From positions 1 through 14,986 of the forward strand of contig JAYZAC010000022.1 of the NCBI GenBank assembly GCA_036339875.1: DNA of 14,986 bases, read 5' to 3'. The notes beneath the pieces are model-generated. The model was not told the origin of the DNA. It did no database searches and saw only the letters and a program-made list of their open reading frames with translations. Made by a program: the position numbers and the translations under genes. This document shows positions 9,804-14,986 of this stretch, piece after piece. The number at the start of each line of letters is the position of its first letter. Position 1 is the stretch's first letter. This stretch comes from a bacterium. GTDB taxonomy: Bacteria; Muiribacteriota; UBA6191.

Positions 9804-9895
9804 AACCTTTTTTACAGGCATACTAAATTAGTATCAATAAAATACTATTAATTACTGATTTTACCAGCGCTAGTCAAACCAGTTAGAATATATAC

Positions 9896-10096
9896 ATGCA
9901 AGAAGATAGAAGCGTCTTTTTTGAATTAATTAGTAATCTGCATTTTCAGCAAATACTTTATAGAGTTAGCATTATACTGTTGATTGTAATCTCATTAGGA
10001 ACGATCTACTATCATGATTCAATTCTAAGCTTAGAATATTGCTACTACTTGCAAAATGGATGTGATTGTAGCTGTAAGTGTGATTTCAATCCTTAA
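9896..10096 (+). CDS. Possible small single-pass membrane protein with a Cys-rich C-terminus
   Basis: 66-aa ATG ORF filling an intergenic gap on the same strand as its neighbours. Hydrophobic segment VSIILLIVISLGTIYY and C-terminal CYYLQNGCDCSCKC. No clear RBS. Confidence 0.4.
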   Translation: MQEDRSVFFELISNLHFQQILYRVSIILLIVISLGTIYYHDSILSLEYCYYLQNGCDCSCKCDFNP

Positions 10097-10147
10097 AGTG
10101 AGCGAGTAATTGACAGGATATGCCTACTCCAAACCATTTGAAATTTT

Positions 10148-10627
10148 ATGAATTTTGATCATAGTAAAATCGAGGCTCTGCAAAGTGGCAATGCTTATCT
10201 CGATAATTTAATTGAACAATTTCTACAGGAATTTAGCGATAGAATCTCAAATTGTAGAACAATTGGAGATAAGATTCTGCTGGGCTTGCACGTTGGTAGC
10301 AAGAATAATAGACAGCAAACAATCACTATTGGAATAATAAAAGTTCCCGATGATCCTTTTTTATTGAATTCAAATAACTCGAGTGTGCTATTTCTATCAA
10401 GAATTGGGAAAATTAAAAGTAATGAAGATCTGTCGGAAATATTAAGATATGCCTTTGGAATCCATTATTCTGGGGTCGTTATGGAAGATGATCAAACTGT
10501 CTGCTTGAAGCATACTATCGATGAAATCGAAGAAATAAGCTTAGCAAAATTTTCCATAGCTATACTTGAAATGGCACATCACGCTGATGTTCTCGAAGAA
10601 ATTTTGCTAGAACAAGATGTAAACTAG
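10148..10627 (+). CDS. YbjN-like / type III secretion chaperone-fold protein
   Basis: 159 aa, acidic. The pattern RQQTITI...LSRIGKI...YSGVVM...CLKHT...ILEMAHHADVLEEILLEQDVN resembles the YbjN/CesT-like family, whose C-terminus is typically A..AD.LE..L...D. Confidence 0.55.
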   Translation: MNFDHSKIEALQSGNAYLDNLIEQFLQEFSDRISNCRTIGDKILLGLHVGSKNNRQQTITIGIIKVPDDPFLLNSNNSSVLFLSRIGKIKSNEDLSEILRYAFGIHYSGVVMEDDQTVCLKHTIDEIEEISLAKFSIAILEMAHHADVLEEILLEQDVN

Positions 10628-10650
10628 TAGCAAAGGTTTTTAGTTAAATA

Positions 10651-12054
10651 CTACTGATAGCCAATCTTGTTTGAATGAAAAATCATCAATTTTTCAATGG
10701 TCATATCTCTCATTGAAGGACCAATGCCTCCGATTCCATAACCACTTTTTTCACTTCCTCCGAAAGGCATCCAATCAACTCTAAATGCCGTATGATCGTT
10801 AACTAAGACTGTTTGAGCCTTCACACTGACTGTAGCCCCGAGTGCTAAGTCTAAATCTTTAGTAAAAATACTGGCTTGGAAGCAATAAGGAACATTATTA
10901 GCTCTTTCTATAGCCTCCGAAAGTTCAGAATATTCGTAGACCGCGAGTATAGGGCCAAATACTTCATTGGTGCTTATGAGCGCCTGATCTGACGGATTTA
11001 ATAGAACAGTAGGTTCGTAAGTGGTTACACCCAAGGCCTTACCGCCACAAAGTAGTTTAGCTCCGCTTTCTATTGCGTTTTGAACCCAATTATCTAATCG
11101 TTTAATTTCATCGGGGCTTATTAACGGACCTACCTCTATATCGTGTCGCGTCGGATCACCTACCCTCAGATTCTCAACTCGTGAAATAAAGTCATTCAAG
11201 AAGTCGTCAATTTGAGTTCGATGAACATATAACCTTTGTACAGAAACGCAGACTTGACCCGCATGGTAGAAACCACCTTTGACTATCTTGGGTATTGCCA
11301 TTTCGAAATCTGCTGAAGTATCAAGAATACATGGAGCAACGCCCCCATGCTCGAGTACACAATGCGCTCCATCGGGTAGTAATTTTTTTAATTTAAAACC
11401 AACTTCAGCAGATCCTATGAAACTTAGAAACGAAATTCGAATATCGCTAACAACTTCTTGCGCTATGGAGGCTTCGCACAGTAATACCTGACACCAATTC
11501 GTAGGTAAACCAGCTTCGTACAAAATGTCTACCAATGATATGCATGATAACGGTGTAGAACTGGCAGGTTTAATAAGCACAGGCGCCCCAACAGCAATTG
11601 CTGGAATCACCTGATGTACAATTAAATTAAATGGGTGATTGAAGGCGCTGATTGCAAGTACAACGCCTCTGGGATAACAACGGGTATAAGCCATTCTGTC
11701 TGCACTACTAGCAGTAATACCCATTTTGATCTCTTGACCCTTGAGCTGAGCTATCTCCTGAACAGCTACTTCAATTCCGTTTGCGGCCCGATCTATCTCC
11801 ACCAGACTATCTGCCAATGGTTTTCCACCCTCTTCCGATGCTTGAAGGGCGAGCTGATCCCTTCTCTCACGAACTATTTGTGCAGCTTTCTTGAGAATCT
11901 CTATTCGTCTCGGACCCGATAACCATTCTTTACGACTTTGGAACAGATTATAGGCTATTTCCAATTTCTCAAAAGAATCCTTTTCACTGGTCCTCTCGAG
12001 GACTTTTAATACCTTACTTGGATCAAAAGCGCTTCTAACTATTAGTTGGCTCAT
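10651..12054 (-). CDS. NAD(P)-dependent aldehyde dehydrogenase (resembles the uncharacterised ALDH21-related RL0313-type subfamily)
   Basis: Motifs GVVLAISAFNHPFNL, IKPA, SFIGSAEVG, LEHGG (catalytic Glu), HAGQVCVSVQR (catalytic Cys), EVFGP and MPFGGSEKSGYG. AAAGGA RBS. Substrate unknown. Confidence 0.92.
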   Translation of the reverse strand: MSQLIVRSAFDPSKVLKVLERTSEKDSFEKLEIAYNLFQSRKEWLSGPRRIEILKKAAQIVRERRDQLALQASEEGGKPLADSLVEIDRAANGIEVAVQEIAQLKGQEIKMGITASSADRMAYTRCYPRGVVLAISAFNHPFNLIVHQVIPAIAVGAPVLIKPASSTPLSCISLVDILYEAGLPTNWCQVLLCEASIAQEVVSDIRISFLSFIGSAEVGFKLKKLLPDGAHCVLEHGGVAPCILDTSADFEMAIPKIVKGGFYHAGQVCVSVQRLYVHRTQIDDFLNDFISRVENLRVGDPTRHDIEVGPLISPDEIKRLDNWVQNAIESGAKLLCGGKALGVTTYEPTVLLNPSDQALISTNEVFGPILAVYEYSELSEAIERANNVPYCFQASIFTKDLDLALGATVSVKAQTVLVNDHTAFRVDWMPFGGSEKSGYGIGGIGPSMRDMTIEKLMIFHSNKIGYQ

Positions 12055-12072
12055 TTTTTCCTTTCAAAACGG

Positions 12073-12702
12073 CTACTTTGAAAGATTATTGGAAGCAGTT
12101 TTGGATAATTGATTGATGTATGCTAACACATTATTCATCGCAGCCGTTGTTGTCAGCGTAGAAGCCATAGGACGCATTTGGGCACCATAAATATCATCCT
12201 TGTGTACACCACGAATATTATTTTTGTAATTGTTTAACTGCCTTGCCAAATACCAATCATGCTGAAAAATTAAACTCGGCGAATTGAGAGCTTTTAGACC
12301 TTTACCATCAGCTCCATGACAAGCTGTACAAACCATATACAATGACTTGCCTTGTGTGGCATCGCCGGCCAGAGTACTCTCATGATGAGATGGTTTCATT
12401 TGGCTTATATACTTTGCCACAGCATCAAGCTGTTCATCAGTCGCTAGGATACTCGCCATGGCACGCATGGTCATTCCCCAAGTGTCACCTGCACCGCCTC
12501 GATGCCCCTTCTGAAAAGATTTAATTTGGCGCTTCAGGTACCATACAGATTGTCCAGCCAAAGCGGGGCCTTGCATGGCAGGAACACCTTCCCCATTCGC
12601 ACCGTGACAGGCCGCACAAGTTGCATACAAAGTTTTTGCATCAACTGCAAAAGACCAAGTGAAAAATGTGAAATGATATACAATTAATAAAATTAGTTTC
12701 AT
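12073..12702 (-). CDS. Periplasmic di-heme cytochrome c4 / c553
   Basis: Two CXXCH motifs (CAACH, CTACH), each followed by P.L..Q..WYL.RQ and a Met-containing axial ligand segment (MTMRAM, AQMRPM). Start moved to ATG 12702 (MKLILL..., signal peptide) with a GAGGA RBS, giving 209 aa. Confidence 0.93.
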   Translation of the reverse strand: MKLILLIVYHFTFFTWSFAVDAKTLYATCAACHGANGEGVPAMQGPALAGQSVWYLKRQIKSFQKGHRGGAGDTWGMTMRAMASILATDEQLDAVAKYISQMKPSHHESTLAGDATQGKSLYMVCTACHGADGKGLKALNSPSLIFQHDWYLARQLNNYKNNIRGVHKDDIYGAQMRPMASTLTTTAAMNNVLAYINQLSKTASNNLSK

Positions 12703-12795
12703 ATTATTCCTCAACATATATTTTATCCATATGTTAACTGTGAACTTAACAGAAACCAAGAAAGCTTCTCAGGCTGGAGCCACTAATACCAAAGA

Positions 12796-12840
12796 GGAAC
12801 AAATCAATCGTTAAAGTATAACTAGAGATTGATTTGTTCC
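12796..12840 (-). terminator. Long inverted repeat, probable intrinsic terminator or RNA-stabilising hairpin after the secreted esterase
   Basis: Perfect 14-bp arms GGAACAAATCAATC (12796-12809) and GATTGATTTGTTCC (12827-12840) with a 17-nt spacer. It starts 32 nt after the esterase stop and is followed on the minus strand by TCTTT. Confidence 0.6.
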
Positions 12841-12872
12841 CTGTGGTTGTATAAACCTTTTCAACTATATTT

Positions 12873-13892
12873 TTAATTACTACCACGCCTACCCATTGAT
12901 AATCTTCGACTCTGCCGACCTCGCTTATTTCTTAGTTGATTACGCTTTTTAGAAAGCTTCCTCAGAGAACTGCTGATCTGCTGGTTCAAACTATCAAATA
13001 TTTGGTCGCTACCTGTCTGAAAAACCTGTTGCATATTATGATTTACCCCTGGAAGCATAGTATATTTATGCTTGATTCCAATTTCATTCAAATACTCTGC
13101 AAATCTTTGGTTATGTCCAACGGTAAAATCCTTATCTCCGCAGATAATATGTAGATTGAGTTTTTCTTTACCGTAAGTGTTCTTACTAAATTCTAAGGCT
13201 TCACCTCGAGGATTCACACGACGGTAGTATTGCATACTTCCACCAAATACATGTTGTAATAGTAAATCTCTACTCTCTGAATTCGATTCAAGTGTTCTGA
13301 AATTTTCATCCAATGGTCCAGCAGCAATTGCAATTATACTTGAAAATAAATTCGAATATTTTAGACCTAACCTAGCTGCTCCATAACCGCCCATACTGAA
13401 GCCTGCAATCATTGGTTTGATTCTATCGGGACGATAATTAAAATGATTCTTTAAGTCAGGTAATAATTCATTTATCAGGACATCTTCTACAGGGTATTTT
13501 CCATCTTTAGAATTAACCCACAAAGATTGATTCAATCCATGAGGAAAAACCACTGCCATTGGCTTTAATTTACCCTCATCTATGGCCCTTTGAAAATATG
13601 TCGACAGTGGTTTAATTCCTTTAAGAGAGGAGAAAGAACCGTGCAACCACACAAGAGTGGGCACAGGGCCTCTATACCTTTTCAACTGAGTCGGGTAAAA
13701 AACATGATAATTTACCTCAGTTCCTCTACCACCACTACTTGCGATTTTGCTCGTAAATTTATATTCGGTAACATTATTTGCCTGAACAGTTGCAGTTGAC
13801 CAGCTACCCGCATATGGATGCTTAGACTGATTAGCCGTTAAAATACTGTTAATAATACAAAGCAATAAAACAAATTTAGATATAGTTCTCAT
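12873..13892 (-). CDS. Secreted alpha/beta-hydrolase esterase (putative esterase / XynZ-feruloyl-esterase-like family) with a basic C-terminal tail
   Basis: Motifs YHVFYP, LVWLHGS, AGFSMGGYGA (nucleophile Ser), CGDKD and PGVNHN (His). Start moved to ATG 13892 (MRTISKFVLLLCIINSILTA, signal peptide) with a GGAGG RBS, giving 339 aa. Confidence 0.87.
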   Translation of the reverse strand: MRTISKFVLLLCIINSILTANQSKHPYAGSWSTATVQANNVTEYKFTSKIASSGGRGTEVNYHVFYPTQLKRYRGPVPTLVWLHGSFSSLKGIKPLSTYFQRAIDEGKLKPMAVVFPHGLNQSLWVNSKDGKYPVEDVLINELLPDLKNHFNYRPDRIKPMIAGFSMGGYGAARLGLKYSNLFSSIIAIAAGPLDENFRTLESNSESRDLLLQHVFGGSMQYYRRVNPRGEALEFSKNTYGKEKLNLHIICGDKDFTVGHNQRFAEYLNEIGIKHKYTMLPGVNHNMQQVFQTGSDQIFDSLNQQISSSLRKLSKKRNQLRNKRGRQSRRLSMGRRGSN

Positions 13893-13956
13893 CTCACTAG
13901 CCTCCCAAATCATTTGATCCAACCTTTTTGAATCCTTTTAATCAGCTTAATTTGAA

Positions 13957-14094
13957 AAAGAGGTACTTCTATGTTGATCAAATTAATAGTCATACTGTTT
14001 GATGAAACATCTCTAACAAGAGTTACAATATTTTAAGATTTGGGATATCAAAGAGGTGCTTCTATGTTTATCAAGGTAATAGTCATACTGTTTG
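13957..14094 (+). repeat. 45-bp imperfect direct repeat (13957-14001 and 14050-14094) duplicating an RBS and the first 10 codons
   Basis: AAAGAGGTaCTTCTATGTTgATCAAatTAATAGTCATACTGTTTG versus AAAGAGGTgCTTCTATGTTtATCAAggTAATAGTCATACTGTTTG: 41/45 identical, offset 93 bp. Confidence 0.93.
13971..14036 (+). CDS. 21-aa upstream ORF (MLIKLIVILFDETSLTRVTIF) arising from the duplicated start; may be a gene remnant
   Basis: ATG 13971 with an AGAGGT RBS identical in spacing to the downstream gene, ending at TAA 14034-14036. Same reading frame as the dehydrogenase. Confidence 0.35.
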   Translation: MLIKLIVILFDETSLTRVTIF

Positions 14095-14986
14095 GATTTA
14101 CATTTCATACAATCCCTGCAAACTCATTATCCAAAGCTCATAATTCAGAACAACACAGTTTTGTGACAGAAGTTGTTAATGATGACCTTGAGTTTCCATG
14201 GGGAATAGGGTTTCTTCCAACAGGTGAAATCTTAATTACAGAAAAAAAAGCTAAAAAGCTGCGTATCATACGGGATGGAAAACTAGATCAAAAATCAATC
14301 GAAGGTTTACCCAAAAATATAGATAGCTCAGGTCAAGGTGGTCTACTTGATATTTTAGTTCATCCACTTTTTAATCAGAATAAAACTATTTTTCTTTCAT
14401 ATTCTGGGATTGGTAAAGGCGGAAAAGGAACCGAAGTAATTCGAGCCAAATTAATAGGTTACAAATTAATAAATGTTGATAAAATTTTCGCTGTAGAACC
14501 CAAAACAAAAGGTTCTCATCACTATGGCTCCCGAATGGAATTTGCAGCTGATGGAACTTTATTTATAACAGTGGGTGATCGTTATTTTGAGATGAAAGAA
14601 GCACAAAATCCTAAAAATCATTTAGGTACAGTTCTTCGTATTAATGAAGATGGAAGCATTCCAACTGATAATCCTTTCGTGAATCATAGGACCTACAAAC
14701 CTGAAATTTATTCCTATGGACACCGTAATGGTCAAGGACTTGCTAGAAGATTATCAGATAACACAATGTGGATGCACGAACATGGACCAAGAGGAGGAGA
14801 TGAGCTGAATCTATTAGATAAACCTGGAGCTAATTTCGGTTGGCCCGCAATAACCTATGGTATTGATTATAGTGGAGCCATCATCTCCGATAAAACTAGC
14901 GCTAAAGGTATGGAACAACCAATAATATATTGGGTTCCATCGATTGCTCCTTGCGGTATGACCTTCTACAACGGAAAAAAGTTTCC
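14064..14986 (+). CDS. PQQ-dependent soluble aldose/glucose-sorbosone dehydrogenase (GSDH, YliI/Asd-like), 3'-truncated by the window edge
   Basis: Not in the ORF track because there is no stop in the window. Translation from ATG 14064: signal peptide MFIKVIVILFGF..., then LEFPWGIGFLPTGEILITEK, GQGGLLDILVHP, HYGSRM, VGDR, IPTDNPF, EIYSYGHRNGQG, HEHGPRGGDELN, GANFGWP and YWVPSIAPCGM. AGAGGT RBS. Confidence 0.93.
   Translation, partial: MFIKVIVILFGFTFHTIPANSLSKAHNSEQHSFVTEVVNDDLEFPWGIGFLPTGEILITEKKAKKLRIIRDGKLDQKSIEGLPKNIDSSGQGGLLDILVHPLFNQNKTIFLSYSGIGKGGKGTEVIRAKLIGYKLINVDKIFAVEPKTKGSHHYGSRMEFAADGTLFITVGDRYFEMKEAQNPKNHLGTVLRINEDGSIPTDNPFVNHRTYKPEIYSYGHRNGQGLARRLSDNTMWMHEHGPRGGDELNLLDKPGANFGWPAITYGIDYSGAIISDKTSAKGMEQPIIYWVPSIAPCGMTFYNGKKF

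Noticed and set aside
10110..10115. Perfect TTGACA upstream of the YbjN-like gene
   Set aside because: No convincing -10 hexamer at 16-18 bp spacing, so no promoter was called.
12703..12759. Longer N-termini given by the ORF track for cytochrome c4 (12759); likewise the esterase (13922) and Hpt (1217)
   Set aside because: For c4 and the esterase, downstream ATGs have proper SD sequences and place the signal peptide at the N-terminus. For Hpt, TTG 1217 is too close to the predicted transcription start.
11279..13799. Plus-strand ORFs 11279-11491, 11635-11922, 12342-12524, 12502-12687, 12936-13154 and 13590-13799
   Set aside because: Antisense to the ALDH, cytochrome c4 and esterase genes, with no supporting motifs. 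Their Cys content is a by-product of the sense-strand codons.
13974..13986. FNR-like box TTGAT...ATTAA
   Set aside because: The spacer is 3 nt rather than 4, the right half is mismatched, and it lies in the duplicated coding start.
13971..14036. 21-aa uORF as a PqqA precursor (short peptide next to a PQQ enzyme)
   Set aside because: It lacks the E-x-x-x-Y motif and has no Tyr. Its N-terminus is explained by duplication of the dehydrogenase signal peptide.
13957..14094. 45-bp direct repeats as a CRISPR mini-array or att sites
   Set aside because: Only two copies, they correspond to an RBS plus coding start, and no cas or integrase gene is in the window.

Overview
AT-rich bacterial chromosomal window from a diderm organism (Kdo/LPS gene, MscK-type channel, periplasmic c-type cytochrome). 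It is mostly housekeeping and cell-envelope genes. Left to right: a minus-strand operon of stand-alone Hpt protein, kdsB and pyrG (pyrG 5' end only, absent from the ORF track); a plus-strand operon of CBM48-esterase, a 941-aa TPR/unknown protein and moaC; a large MscK/KefA-like mechanosensitive channel; a secreted peptidoglycan-binding-domain protein; a possible small Cys-rich membrane protein; a YbjN/chaperone-like protein; then di-heme cytochrome c4 with an aldehyde dehydrogenase, a secreted esterase with an Arg-rich tail, and a divergent PQQ-dependent sugar dehydrogenase (5' part only, absent from the ORF track). The dehydrogenase RBS and first 10 codons are duplicated 93 bp upstream, creating an in-frame 21-aa upstream ORF. 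I saw no rRNA, tRNA, CRISPR array, transposase or integrase. No novel system is demonstrated. The best candidates are the uncharacterised TPR-protein operon, the possible ester/aldose oxidation cluster and the duplicated translation start. All family assignments come from recognising motifs by eye, not from database searches.
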